64,000 nt of DNA, taken from positions 1 through 64,000 of IMG/VR virus record IMGVR_UViG_3300023276_001086. One strand, given 5' to 3'. The notes below the pieces were generated by a model, which saw nothing but the letters and a program-made list of their open reading frames with translations, did not search any database and was not told the origin of the DNA. The position numbers and the translations under genes were made by a program. The stretch comes from a virus. Below, in pieces: positions 18,162 to 28,273 of the stretch. The stretch's first letter is position 1, and every line of letters starts with the position of its first letter.

Positions 18162-19654
18162 CCGATAGCAACGCCAACAGGAACGAACTCCGCCTCATTA
18201 GTAAAATAATCGGGACACAGGACGTCAACACTGCAATCCGATCTGGTATCACCCCCAATGTTCTGCTCAGTCCCATCGCACGGACAATGTTTCAGGACAT
18301 CCTGAACTACTTCCATAACCGTGAGCACTATGGGCGCGTCCCCCCGCATCACTGGATGAAGTCGCGCTTCCCCGGCAGCTATCACAAGAGAACCATCAAG
18401 GAGACTACTGGGGAGCTGTGCGCGGCCATACGTGAAGTGGCGATGGCAACCGAGATCGATGCGGTTATCGAAGATATCGGCGCGCTCAAGAAGACAAACC
18501 CAACCCTCGCTCTCGAGAAAATGCGAGCCGCCGTTCTCCAAATTGGAAGAATGGCACCGAAGTCAACAGACCGAACGCTCGCAAATGATGCTGACGATAT
18601 CATCGCTCGAGCTCGTGCCCGACGCGACACGGATACCATTCTGGGTATCCCATTCCCGTGGGATGAGCTCAACGACCTGACCCAAGGAATGCAGAGCGAG
18701 GACTTCATCGTCCTGTTCGGCAGACCAAAGAGCATGAAATCGTGGGTTGCGGGTAAGATGTGCTCCCACGCCTATCTACACGGTAATTGTCGTGTACTGG
18801 TCTATTCCTGTGAGATGAGCACGGCCCTGTTCGAGGACCGTGTTTCCTGCACCATCCACGACTTGAACTACGAGTGGTTGAAGCAGGGCACCCTGAGTAA
18901 TCTCGACTGGGACATGTACCAGGAAGCCCTTTACGCACTCAAAGAGGACGAACTCAGCGATGCTGTCAATGGACGACACCGCTCGATCAAATTCTGCTCG
19001 GCCTTCGATGACCCCACTGGTGGTGGGGTAGCGCATCTGCTGGCCAAGGCAGAAGAGTTCGACCCAGACCTCATCATTGTCGACTCCTTCTACAAAATGA
19101 AGGACGACAGATCCGGCAAACGATCCGTGAAGTGGGATGTTCAGTACAACATTGTGCAGGATCTGAAGGGGATAACTCAGCTTCTACACATTCCAGTCAT
19201 AGGGGTGACGCAACGGCATAGGCAGAATAAAGAGGAGGAGGCCAACGGAGACGACGAAGATCTAGGTGATATCGCCTACGCCGATGCTGTGGGGCAGGAA
19301 GCGGACGCAATCTACCGCATCCGAAAAGACGGCATGCTGGCAGACGGTCGGACCGTCCAACTCAGGATCAGTATGGCAGGCTCGAGAGAGACTAGAGTGG
19401 GCGGGTTCCTACTCCACGTAACTCCCTCAACAAGCTGGCGACTCGACAGTTGGTTGGACGAGAACGGCAAAGAGGTAGATGACCCACTCAAGGAGAGGGG
19501 CGTCAAGGATCCGAGCAAACGAGGAGGCTCACTCAACGCATCCAGAAGAGGGAACAAGAAGAAGGCACCGGAAGAGGGGGCGAAGGACGTAAAAGCAGGA
19601 AAAGTGCCGGCAGATAGTGCGGATAGTCTGGGCATAGAGTACGAGGGTTTATGA
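18158..19654 (+). CDS. dnaB: DnaB-like (SF4) replicative helicase
   Basis: GIPFPWDELNDLTQG, GRPKSMKS, SCEM, LIIVDS, VTQ, EADAIY. Confidence 0.85.
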   Translation: MTDSNANRNELRLISKIIGTQDVNTAIRSGITPNVLLSPIARTMFQDILNYFHNREHYGRVPPHHWMKSRFPGSYHKRTIKETTGELCAAIREVAMATEIDAVIEDIGALKKTNPTLALEKMRAAVLQIGRMAPKSTDRTLANDADDIIARARARRDTDTILGIPFPWDELNDLTQGMQSEDFIVLFGRPKSMKSWVAGKMCSHAYLHGNCRVLVYSCEMSTALFEDRVSCTIHDLNYEWLKQGTLSNLDWDMYQEALYALKEDELSDAVNGRHRSIKFCSAFDDPTGGGVAHLLAKAEEFDPDLIIVDSFYKMKDDRSGKRSVKWDVQYNIVQDLKGITQLLHIPVIGVTQRHRQNKEEEANGDDEDLGDIAYADAVGQEADAIYRIRKDGMLADGRTVQLRISMAGSRETRVGGFLLHVTPSTSWRLDSWLDENGKEVDDPLKERGVKDPSKRGGSLNASRRGNKKKAPEEGAKDVKAGKVPADSADSLGIEYEGL

Positions 19655-20718
19655 ACGAGAGAGGACCCATCGTCGACATACTGGAGCCCTACTTACGCAA
19701 GACAAAGCCCAGCGGCCGAGACAACATCATGGCTCTGTGCCCCCTCCCGGGACACGACGAACAGAAGCCTAGCTTCGCCGTCAACATCGAGAACGGGCTG
19801 TGGATGTGCCATGGGTGTGGCCGAAGTGGTGGGCTCGTAACGCTGCTACAGCTACTCGGTATCTCCGGACAAGTCATCGACACGGTGGTTGCCCCGATCC
19901 GGCAGGATCTAAAGAAGCACCAGGAAAGGGAGAAGAGCAGACGAGAAACAAGGTTCCAAACAAGCAACCCACTCGAGGGGGGCAGGCTGCTCCCAGAAGA
20001 ACTACTGGGCATCTATCGCTGGAAACCACTCGACCTAGTCGAGCAGGGATTTGACCCCCAACTACTCAAGGAACTCGGCGTTGGTTACGACCGCGCCAAA
20101 GACCGGATTATCTACCCCATCAGGGACACCTACGGCAATCTGTTGGGTGTCTCTGGGCGAGCTACCACCGAAGGCGTGCAGCCCCGGTACAAGGTGTACA
20201 CCGGAGGTCGGCGAGGTGACGGGGGCGTTTGGATAACCGGAGACTTCGGTGAGGAATTCGACGAACAGTTCGGGGGGTATAGCCTCGACAGCCACAATCA
20301 CCTGTGGAACGGGCACAGTGCCTACGCCCGCATGCTGCTTGATGACGAACCCACCCCGCTGTACATCGTGGAGGGTTTCAAAGCGTGCATCTGGCTCATT
20401 CAGCACGGCTACCCAAACTCGGTAGCACTGATGGGCTCGTTCCTCACACAAGCGCAGCATGACCTGCTGCACCTGATCGTCAGTGGGCCCATCGTCCTGC
20501 TTCTCGACAACGACCCAGCAGGATGGAAGGCAACGAGAAGAATCGGGAAGTGGCTTTCCCGATCACTACAAGTGGAGATCTGTTCCTACTACCCCTCGTG
20601 GGCAGAGGAACCCGATGCTCTCAACATGGCCGGCCTCAACGAAACCATCGAGGCCAAAGAAAGGTATGTGTCATGGAAAATTCGGCAAGACGAGCAGCTC
20701 GCGCTGGACGAGCTCTGA
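19651..20718 (+). CDS. dnaG: DNA primase (CHC2 zinc finger plus Toprim)
   Basis: CPLPGHDEQKPSF...CHGC, IVEG, LDND. Confidence 0.9.
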   Translation: MNERGPIVDILEPYLRKTKPSGRDNIMALCPLPGHDEQKPSFAVNIENGLWMCHGCGRSGGLVTLLQLLGISGQVIDTVVAPIRQDLKKHQEREKSRRETRFQTSNPLEGGRLLPEELLGIYRWKPLDLVEQGFDPQLLKELGVGYDRAKDRIIYPIRDTYGNLLGVSGRATTEGVQPRYKVYTGGRRGDGGVWITGDFGEEFDEQFGGYSLDSHNHLWNGHSAYARMLLDDEPTPLYIVEGFKACIWLIQHGYPNSVALMGSFLTQAQHDLLHLIVSGPIVLLLDNDPAGWKATRRIGKWLSRSLQVEICSYYPSWAEEPDALNMAGLNETIEAKERYVSWKIRQDEQLALDEL

Positions 20719-21752
20719 AGAAGAGTGGCAGAAACAAGCAGCGCAAAGGTGGCGCTGGTTATGGTGCGCGGTACAAGCCCCCGAAGGCGGGTGAGCCGCT
20801 GTCCCCCATCCTCCTGTTCCGTGGGCTCTACAAGGTCAACCTGACCCTACCCGATGGGTCCACTCGAACAGACGAGCTCGACTACGACATCCGGTGCGAG
20901 CACTTCTCAAAGGCAGCCAACACCGGACTGACCTGTACCGCGGGCCTCACCGAAGACGACGAGGGTTACATCGGTGCTGGTGAGGGCCCTTGCGTACCCT
21001 GCGCCATCACAAAGGATGTGGGCAAAGGACCGGTGGGTTTCGCTCGGAAAATCCACGTGCTCAACGGCGTCCTTCTCGCTGACTTCCACATGGTCAACAG
21101 CGACCGGAAGAAACTGAAGGACGGCAAGCCGACCGGAGAGTTCTACCAGGATCCAGTCCCCTGCCTTGGCCGTCGCTGCACACACTGCAAACAGGACGTC
21201 GAGACAACCTTCGGCCGCGCGGTCTTCATGCCGCTGAGTAACAACTTCATCCAGCAGCTGGCCGACTTCGATCTCATCACTCTCGCCAGCGAGTGCCTGT
21301 GTGGGGGTTCCCTCGAGCCTGTTGGGTTCGTGTGCGCTCACTGTGACATGGAGTTCGCCGACCTCGAGAAGGACAACGTCACTGACGACGAGCTGCGACA
21401 ACTTCGCGAGAACGAGTTCCGCTGCAAGCACTGCAACGAGACCGACTATCTGCTGGAGGTCCCAATCTGTGGTGACTGTGATGACCCGAGACCCCTCACC
21501 ATGTGGAACACCGTCATGGAGCTCTACCGCTCCGGTGAGGGAGTCAACACCTCCCTCCAGGTCAAGAAGTACCGACCCGTGACAGAAGACGAGCTCGCGA
21601 GAATCAAGGAGCTCATGGTGCCGGCCGACACCGACAAGCTCTACAGGCACCTGACGCCTGCGGAGCAGGCCACCAAGTTCCAGGTTCCGCTTCCCGAGGG
21701 CATGGGCTCTGGCGAAACCAAGGGTCGGGGTTCGAGCCGCTGGGATGACTAG
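20673..21752 (+). CDS. Putative ssDNA-binding protein (gp32-like), multi-Cys
   Basis: Between primase and polymerase; H..C..CxxC core, RSGEGVNTS, extra CxxC pairs; followed by a terminator; start re-called at MENS. Confidence 0.5.
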   Translation: MENSARRAARAGRALKKSGRNKQRKGGAGYGARYKPPKAGEPLSPILLFRGLYKVNLTLPDGSTRTDELDYDIRCEHFSKAANTGLTCTAGLTEDDEGYIGAGEGPCVPCAITKDVGKGPVGFARKIHVLNGVLLADFHMVNSDRKKLKDGKPTGEFYQDPVPCLGRRCTHCKQDVETTFGRAVFMPLSNNFIQQLADFDLITLASECLCGGSLEPVGFVCAHCDMEFADLEKDNVTDDELRQLRENEFRCKHCNETDYLLEVPICGDCDDPRPLTMWNTVMELYRSGEGVNTSLQVKKYRPVTEDELARIKELMVPADTDKLYRHLTPAEQATKFQVPLPEGMGSGETKGRGSSRWDD

Positions 21753-21769
21753 CTGATCCGCTACAACCC

Positions 21770-21799
21770 GGGGCCCCGCTTCGGCGGGGCCCCATTTTT
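21770..21799 (+). terminator. Intrinsic terminator
   Basis: ggggccccgc-TTCG-gcggggcccc followed by attttt. Confidence 0.85.
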
Positions 21800-21808
21800 G
21801 GAGGAAGA

Positions 21809-23824
21809 ATGCACGCTGGATGGAGTCTGGATAGGCCCGAACCCGTCCACATAAAAACCGACAACGACGTTCAGTGGCTCCGCGACAAGTTGAGCGAGCA
21901 CGACCTGATAGCAATCGATACGGAGACTACGGGTCTCGACATTGCTCGAGACGTTGTCGTCTTCTGGTCCCTCTCTACGGGAGACGACCGTTACTTCCTA
22001 GAGCGTGACAGGCTCGAGGACTTCCGCGACATCTTCGCTGACCCATCCAAGACCTGGATTGGTTCGCAGATCAAGTACGACGCCAACATGCTCGCCAACT
22101 CTGGCTACGAGCTCGCTGGTGGGCTGCTGTGCACGCTCACCATGGACCGCCTGGTCGACGCCGGTCGGCTGCACGGTCTGAAAGATGCCTACGAACGAGA
22201 GTTCAATGAACGGATGATGTCTTTCGGTGAGACCTTCTATCCGAGGACACCCGGCACGAACAAGCCGCGCAAGCCCCCGAAGAGGGCCATGCACGACATC
22301 CTCCTCGAGGCGTTCGAGCGTGACCCCAACAGGGTGATCGACTACGCCAGCCTTGACGCCTGGACCGTCTACCGACTCTACGAACGACTGCGGGAGCAAC
22401 TCGAGCAGATTGAGACGTGGTACGGCTACACACTGTTCGACATATTCACACGCTACGAGATGCCGTTCACCCGAGTTCTACTTGAGATGGAGCGTCGTGG
22501 AGTTCTGCTTGACGTTGGGTACCTCAAGGACATCGAGCCGATAGTCGTAGCCAAGCAGCAGGAAGTCGGTACTGAGCTCAACCAGATCGCCGGCTTCCCG
22601 GTCAATCCCAACTCACCAAAGCAGCTCCAAAAGCTGCTCTTCGATATTCTGGAGCTAGAACCTCTCGAGAAGACCAAGAGCGGTGCCCTGTCTACGGCAG
22701 CGCCTGTTCTCAAGCAATATGCGGCGGACGGTGTCAAGGCAGCCGGACTCATCCTCGAGTACCGGTCCTTGGGCAAGCTGCTGGGAACCTACATCCGGGG
22801 CTTGACGGTCAGGGCTGATGACTACGGTCGTATTCACACAACGCTGAACCAGCACGTGGCGGATACCGCGAGACTCTCCTCATCCGACCCGAACCTCCAA
22901 AATCAGACCCGCTCGGGGTCAGCACTATTCGATATCCGTAAGGCGTTCATCGCGAGCCCCGGCCACAAGATGCTGGTGGCGGACTACGATCAGCTGGAAA
23001 TGTACCTCACTGGCCACTACTCAGGAGCTCCGGGTCTCGTGCAAGCTGCATGGGACGGCAAGGATATCCACACCGCCAACGTGGAACTTGTCTACGGCGA
23101 GCCTTACGACGACGTGGTCGCGGCGAAGAAGTCGAAAGACCGCACGCCCCGTCAGACCCACCTGGCCGATCTTCGACAGGCTGTCAAGTCAGTCGGCTTC
23201 GGTCTCATCTACGGAAAAGCCGCCCGCTCTCTTGGTGTCCAGCTTGGCTACGAGGCTGAGTACCGACAAAGTCACCCGGAGTGGCCCGACCGCCAGGTAA
23301 GCAAGGTAGCGACAGAGAAGGCTCAGGGGGTCATCAATGACTTCTTTGAAGGGCTACCCGAGGTCGAAGACTTCATCTACGGCACTCACCGCGAGGTTGC
23401 AGACACGAAGTACACCGAGACCTTGCTGGGACGGCGGCGCTGGTTCTGGGACATCGTGGACTGGGACGAGCACATCGAGCACCTGGAGGCGGCCAAGAGG
23501 AAGCACCGGAAGCTCTGCTGGTGCGGCGTCTGCAAGCTGTCTCGTGACGGTGAGCGTGCTGCGGTCAATCATCGCATCCAGGGTAGTGCCGCTGACGTCA
23601 CCATGCTTGGCATGATCAAGTGTGATCAAGACGCCAGGCTCAGGGAACTCGGGGCAAAGATGCTGCTTCAGGTTCACGATGAGCTCGTCTTTGAGATACC
23701 AGACGAGAACGTTGAAGAAGCGGCTGGCATCATCCAGTACCACATGGAGCACCCTGGCCTTGATCTAAGGGTGCCTCTTCGTGCGCCACCGGGTATAGGC
23801 GACAACTGGGAAGAGGCAAAATGA
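21809..23824 (+). CDS. polA: Family A DNA polymerase with 3'-5' exonuclease
   Basis: DTETTG, YASLD, RLSSSDPNLQN, DYDQLE, KSVGFGLIYG, QVHDEL. Confidence 0.96.
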   Translation: MHAGWSLDRPEPVHIKTDNDVQWLRDKLSEHDLIAIDTETTGLDIARDVVVFWSLSTGDDRYFLERDRLEDFRDIFADPSKTWIGSQIKYDANMLANSGYELAGGLLCTLTMDRLVDAGRLHGLKDAYEREFNERMMSFGETFYPRTPGTNKPRKPPKRAMHDILLEAFERDPNRVIDYASLDAWTVYRLYERLREQLEQIETWYGYTLFDIFTRYEMPFTRVLLEMERRGVLLDVGYLKDIEPIVVAKQQEVGTELNQIAGFPVNPNSPKQLQKLLFDILELEPLEKTKSGALSTAAPVLKQYAADGVKAAGLILEYRSLGKLLGTYIRGLTVRADDYGRIHTTLNQHVADTARLSSSDPNLQNQTRSGSALFDIRKAFIASPGHKMLVADYDQLEMYLTGHYSGAPGLVQAAWDGKDIHTANVELVYGEPYDDVVAAKKSKDRTPRQTHLADLRQAVKSVGFGLIYGKAARSLGVQLGYEAEYRQSHPEWPDRQVSKVATEKAQGVINDFFEGLPEVEDFIYGTHREVADTKYTETLLGRRRWFWDIVDWDEHIEHLEAAKRKHRKLCWCGVCKLSRDGERAAVNHRIQGSAADVTMLGMIKCDQDARLRELGAKMLLQVHDELVFEIPDENVEEAAGIIQYHMEHPGLDLRVPLRAPPGIGDNWEEAK

Positions 23825-24261
23825 GAAAGCCCGTCGTCATCTCAGCGATAAGCGACGAGCTGGGAAGACGCGACATCGAGGTCAGCGAAGACGTTGTCAA
23901 GCTGATCGTCAATCTGCTTCTGGAGATCATCATACAAGAGACATCACGGGGCGTTTCAATATCTCTCGGAGCGTTTGGGACGTTTCTCCCCAACGTAAAG
24001 CGGTACAAGGAAACCATATATTGGGGAGTGGTGCTGCGACGCGGCGCCGGCTGGAGGAAAAGATGCCTCATCACAAGAGGAGCGACGATGGATAAGTACG
24101 GAGTCGAAATCGACAAGAAGGACTCAAAGACCAAGGAGGCAGCTGCACGGGGCCTCTGCCCTCTGTGCGGGTCGAAACTAACAGGCTGGCCCCCCGTCTG
24201 CCCCGAGCACGGGAGCAAGCCATTCGAGAGGAGGCCTGATGGCGAAACGGAAGAGGGGTAG
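23821..24261 (+). CDS. HU/IHF-like DNA-binding protein, in frame with a small zinc-ribbon module
   Basis: Two helices then VSISLGAFGTF; C-terminal CPLCG..CPEH; internal RBS and ATG at 24088. Confidence 0.65.
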   Translation: MRKPVVISAISDELGRRDIEVSEDVVKLIVNLLLEIIIQETSRGVSISLGAFGTFLPNVKRYKETIYWGVVLRRGAGWRKRCLITRGATMDKYGVEIDKKDSKTKEAAARGLCPLCGSKLTGWPPVCPEHGSKPFERRPDGETEEG

Positions 24262-25492
24262 GGCAGACCTCTTTGAAGGCCGGCCAGCCATCTTCTCTGA
24301 AAAAGAGGTGATCCCAAAAGACCTCGTGGAACTCACGGCTGAGATCAACAAGAGAATCAACGAGGGCCGCAAGATAAAGCGCGACGTCATCCTTCCGGCC
24401 GACGAGCACGGCAACCCGTTCGTTCTCCGCCGGCCTACCGGACTCACCAGCATGGACATCGGTACCGGAGGTGGGCTCCCTGCCGGCGGCATCACGCAGA
24501 TCGATGGAGACACCGGCGTAGGAAAAGACGCCCTGTGCAACCTGACCGCTGCGATGAACCAGCACATCCACGGCAAGGACTCTCGCATCTTCTGGGGGCA
24601 GCTCGAGCTCCCATACGACAAGGGTCACGGGCGAACACAGGGTGTCGCTGTACCCTCCTCGCCTCTCGATATTCAATTCGAGAACGCCCGTCTCGAGGCC
24701 GAGGGTCTACCAACCATGACCGAAGATGAGATCACACGTGCCCAATTTTCCATTGGGTCGTTTATTTTCGCCGATGCAGGAGACACCGAAGACAGACTTC
24801 AGGCTGTGCTCGACATCGTGGAGAACAACGTCTGTCAGCTCGTAGTCGTTGATTCAATAGCCGCAGCCACGAGCCACTACCGGATCGACACCCCTCTCGA
24901 GAAGGAGACCGGGCAGGCGGTCAACGCCAAGATGCTGACTGACTGGCAGCACATCCTCTGGCACAACTTCCTCAACCCTCTTCGGGGCCGGCTCAATCTG
25001 ACGACAATGATCGTCACCAACCAGGTGAGGGCCAACATGAACCGCATCTCGAGGCGGTCTGCTGCTACGAAGGAGCAGAGTCCCCACTCCATCAAACACG
25101 CCAAGCTCCTAGACATCACCCTGAAGCCGGGCGAGTTCATCAACAAGGACGGCATACAGGTCGGCAAGGTCGTGAAGTGGCGCATCACCAAGGGCAAAGC
25201 CGGTGTACACGAAGGGGCTTTTGGGGAGGTCAAGTACTACTTTGAAACTGGATTCGACAGGATTGATGATCTGGCCAACGTCATGATGAGCATGGACATG
25301 ATCCTGCACAAGCCAAGTGCCAAAACCTGCGACATCATCGACAATCACGGCGAGATCGTTGTTGACGGCTGCAAGTGGGGTACACGAGGTGCGGGGGTGC
25401 GAGACGCACTGTACGCCGACCCCGAGCTGATGGAGCGGATGTACTACGCCTGCCTCCAAAACGCAGGAGTGTCATGTCTGCACAAGCTGTAG
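24239..25492 (+). CDS. recA: RecA/UvsX-like recombinase
   Basis: PTGLTSMDIGTGGGLPAG, GDTGVGKD, LVVVDSIAA, TNQVR. Confidence 0.9.
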   Translation: MAKRKRGRADLFEGRPAIFSEKEVIPKDLVELTAEINKRINEGRKIKRDVILPADEHGNPFVLRRPTGLTSMDIGTGGGLPAGGITQIDGDTGVGKDALCNLTAAMNQHIHGKDSRIFWGQLELPYDKGHGRTQGVAVPSSPLDIQFENARLEAEGLPTMTEDEITRAQFSIGSFIFADAGDTEDRLQAVLDIVENNVCQLVVVDSIAAATSHYRIDTPLEKETGQAVNAKMLTDWQHILWHNFLNPLRGRLNLTTMIVTNQVRANMNRISRRSAATKEQSPHSIKHAKLLDITLKPGEFINKDGIQVGKVVKWRITKGKAGVHEGAFGEVKYYFETGFDRIDDLANVMMSMDMILHKPSAKTCDIIDNHGEIVVDGCKWGTRGAGVRDALYADPELMERMYYACLQNAGVSCLHKL

Positions 25493-26010
25493 CTCGGCTC
25501 TTCGCCAGTGACGACATCTGCCCCGAGTGCCGACAGATCTGTGACCTGATGCGCCTCGTGGTTCTGGTCAGAGATCGAGAGGGCGAGGAGCGCCACCAGA
25601 CCTGGGAGGGGTGCTGGGAGTGCTTCGTCAAGGAGGATCAGTCACTCGAGCTCACTGAGGAGATCCAGACCAAAGACGTCATCAAGCTGCACACAGCGGC
25701 GCAGAGGCGGGGCCAGAACAAGAAGGCCCGAAGAAGGGAGGAGTGCGCCGGTGAGGACATCGGCGGAAGAAGAGTGGCCGGCTCGGGCTCCCAAGAGGCT
25801 AAGGGGGACGCCAGAAATGACTGCTGGATGGTTGAGGACAAACATACGACGGGAAGGGGTCTCACACTCTCCCGGGAAACGATGTCAAAAGCTGTAGGAC
25901 AAGCCAGCAAAACAGGAAGGAACGCAGTGATAAGGGTCGGCCTCGCAGATGGAACTGAACTGGCCATCTGCTTGTGGTCTGACTTCGCGGAGGAGGTGGC
26001 CAATGAGTAA
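25474..26010 (+). CDS. Putative PD-(D/E)xK Holliday junction resolvase with N-terminal zinc finger
   Basis: E..GGRRVAGSGS...KGD......EDK; CPEC..CWEC; start re-called at MSAQ. Confidence 0.65.
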   Translation: MSAQAVARLFASDDICPECRQICDLMRLVVLVRDREGEERHQTWEGCWECFVKEDQSLELTEEIQTKDVIKLHTAAQRRGQNKKARRREECAGEDIGGRRVAGSGSQEAKGDARNDCWMVEDKHTTGRGLTLSRETMSKAVGQASKTGRNAVIRVGLADGTELAICLWSDFAEEVANE

Positions 26011-26833
26011 GACAGCAGTACTACACACCCACGAAGACCTCGTGGCGCAACCTGAGCTGGCAGACAAGTTGAGAGAGGAGTGGAACGTAGTTGAGGAGAT
26101 CGATGAGTGGGTCGGCCATTTGCGCAACCACCCGGTACCGTGGAAGACCGAGATCAACTGGGGCGCACCCCGCCAGAAGGGAGTCTTTCACCCGTCGTCT
26201 ATCAGCAAGACATGCGACATGGCGCTCTACCTCGAGCTGCTGGCAGCCGACGAGTGGGAGAAAATCAACGCCACCACACTTCAGATCTTTGATACCGGGA
26301 CAGTCATTCACGAGCAACTTCAGTACTACCAGCACACTCGAGCACTAACGAATGACTACGAGTACCTCGACGAGGTCGCCGTAGCCAAGGGCAGTGCGCT
26401 GGCAGAGAAACTGAGAATGGGCGGCAACTGCGACGGCTTCATGAGACGGGTGCTCCGGTTGCGAGGACTGGACATCGATCTGCGCTGCCTGTGGGAGTAC
26501 AAGACGATCAAGTCAGAGGGTTTCGCCAAGCTGAGGAGCAGGCCTAGCAAGGACTATGTCCGCCAAGTGCACGCCTACATGGCAGCAACGGGCATCCCGT
26601 TGACGATCATCCTGTACTACAACAAGAACAACAGTCTGAAAAAGGCGTTCTTCGTCTTCTTTGATCCGGCAGTGTGGGGCCCCATTCAGAAGCGACTGGA
26701 ACAGATCGTCCAGCTCGCCGACAACTACGAGCTGCCGGACCGCAACGTCAACAGAAGCTGCGTCTACTGCAAGTTCTTCAAAGAGTGCGACCCACCCATC
26801 TCAAGGAGGAAGGGAGCGCCGAGGTTACGATGA
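26003..26833 (+). CDS. Cas4/RecB-like PD-(D/E)xK exonuclease (solo)
   Basis: HPSSISKTC, GTVIHE, GNCDG, EYKT, QVHAY, CxxCxxxxxC. Confidence 0.88.
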   Translation: MSKTAVLHTHEDLVAQPELADKLREEWNVVEEIDEWVGHLRNHPVPWKTEINWGAPRQKGVFHPSSISKTCDMALYLELLAADEWEKINATTLQIFDTGTVIHEQLQYYQHTRALTNDYEYLDEVAVAKGSALAEKLRMGGNCDGFMRRVLRLRGLDIDLRCLWEYKTIKSEGFAKLRSRPSKDYVRQVHAYMAATGIPLTIILYYNKNNSLKKAFFVFFDPAVWGPIQKRLEQIVQLADNYELPDRNVNRSCVYCKFFKECDPPISRRKGAPRLR

Positions 26834-27438
26834 GTGAACGCGACAGAAGCATGGGGAGGCAGGCTGCCCCGTCCGGTATGGGTGACGTCCTCACCGATAT
26901 CGAAGAGCAGCTGACCAAGTACGACGCGGTCCCCGGTCGGGCGAACAGGATCCTCAAAAAGCTGGGAATTCCGGCGGCCAGGAGGCCAAAAATGGCAGAG
27001 AAGCCCCAACTTACGGGGCGCGTCAGTGAGATGACAGACGCCGAGCTGGGGGACAGGCAAGGAGAGTTCGCCGTTTGGGAGGCGTACCTCGAGCCCCTTA
27101 TCGGGGACGCGGATACGCAGGCTGACATGTGCAAGGCCCGCAGGGACTACCTGCTGTCCAAGCTCAAACAGAACGCCACCGGTCCGCAAGCTGGAAGAGC
27201 GGACAAGGCTAAGACCGATCCCAGGTTCGTTGACGCGGACACCGAGTGGTTGGTCGCCAAGAAGGTAGCTCGCGAACTCCGAGCAGCCTGTGAGGGCCAA
27301 GAGACGCAGCGCAAGGTGTGCTCGAGGTACGTCGAGATTCGTCGGATGGAACACGACGCCCTCGTCAGAACCGACAATGTCCAGAAGACGAGACGGGGTA
27401 CCCCCAGGTTCCGCCGGACCCCCGGCAGGGACGACTGA
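26830..27438 (+). CDS. Helical protein, possible UvsY-like recombination mediator
   Basis: 202 aa, predicted coiled coil, in the recombination cluster; ATGA overlap; function inferred from context only. Confidence 0.5.
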   Translation: MSERDRSMGRQAAPSGMGDVLTDIEEQLTKYDAVPGRANRILKKLGIPAARRPKMAEKPQLTGRVSEMTDAELGDRQGEFAVWEAYLEPLIGDADTQADMCKARRDYLLSKLKQNATGPQAGRADKAKTDPRFVDADTEWLVAKKVARELRAACEGQETQRKVCSRYVEIRRMEHDALVRTDNVQKTRRGTPRFRRTPGRDD

Positions 27439-27863
27439 TGCCCCTCCGGATCTCACTACCGATGCCACCAACGGACAACAATCTCTACGTGCCCGTTCGG
27501 AAGAAGGGAAAGTCGGCAGGACTCCGTCTGTCCGACACAGCCAGGGTGTACAAGGTCAAGGTCGCCGAGGTCATGGCCGACGCCGCCCTGCTCAATCCTG
27601 ACTTCGGGATAGAGGAGAACGTAGAGTACGCCATCAGTCTCGTCGTCTACTTCAAGTCGGCCTACAGCAAGAGCTGGCCGAAGAAGGCGAAATCCAAGTT
27701 CAGGAAGATCGACACACATAACCGGCTCAAGTTGGTCATCGACTCTGTGATGGGCAGCATGGGCCTTGATGACAACTGTCTCTTCGAACAGAGCGTCATC
27801 AAGATGGAGGACCCGGAAGACCCAAGGGTCGAGGTAGAAATTAGGAGGTGGGAGTGGGCCTGA
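27438..27863 (+). CDS. rusA: RusA-like Holliday junction resolvase
   Basis: LPMPPTDNNLY, DTHNRLKLVIDSV, DDN, PRVEVEI. Confidence 0.85.
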   Translation: MPLRISLPMPPTDNNLYVPVRKKGKSAGLRLSDTARVYKVKVAEVMADAALLNPDFGIEENVEYAISLVVYFKSAYSKSWPKKAKSKFRKIDTHNRLKLVIDSVMGSMGLDDNCLFEQSVIKMEDPEDPRVEVEIRRWEWA

Positions 27864-28273
27864 AGAAGAAGTGGGCCTGGGAGGGAGTGGACTGGGATGA
27901 GCGCATTCGACGGGACGAGGTCGTCTTCACAGAGGACCTTGTCGAGAACATGAACTCTTCCGAGCTCATCGAGATACTCAACCTGCGGGGTGTGCGTGCT
28001 CACCGTGGGGTGGACCGAGACGATCTGCTCGATGCGTTCTATCGATCGATGGAGGGGGAGACAGTAGAGATCAAGCACCCCGTCGACTTTCTCAGAAAAC
28101 GGATTCGCTGGTTTCTCGATATCCACTACGAGAGAATCCGGGACCAGCTGACCATGCAGTGCGACCAACGCTGCTTCGACGATCACGATGCGGGGGTGCT
28201 GTTTTGCTACACGGCACCCATGACAAAGCGGAACATAGAAAAGGAAATGAAGAAGCATGGCTACAAAGACTGA
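27848..28273 (+). CDS. Hypothetical protein
   Basis: 141 aa; GGAGG RBS. Confidence 0.7.
   Translation: MGVGLKKKWAWEGVDWDERIRRDEVVFTEDLVENMNSSELIEILNLRGVRAHRGVDRDDLLDAFYRSMEGETVEIKHPVDFLRKRIRWFLDIHYERIRDQLTMQCDQRCFDDHDAGVLFCYTAPMTKRNIEKEMKKHGYKD

Noticed and set aside
26003-26833. CRISPR-Cas system
   Set aside because: Only a solo Cas4-like nuclease in a recombination operon; no other cas genes and no repeat-spacer array seen.
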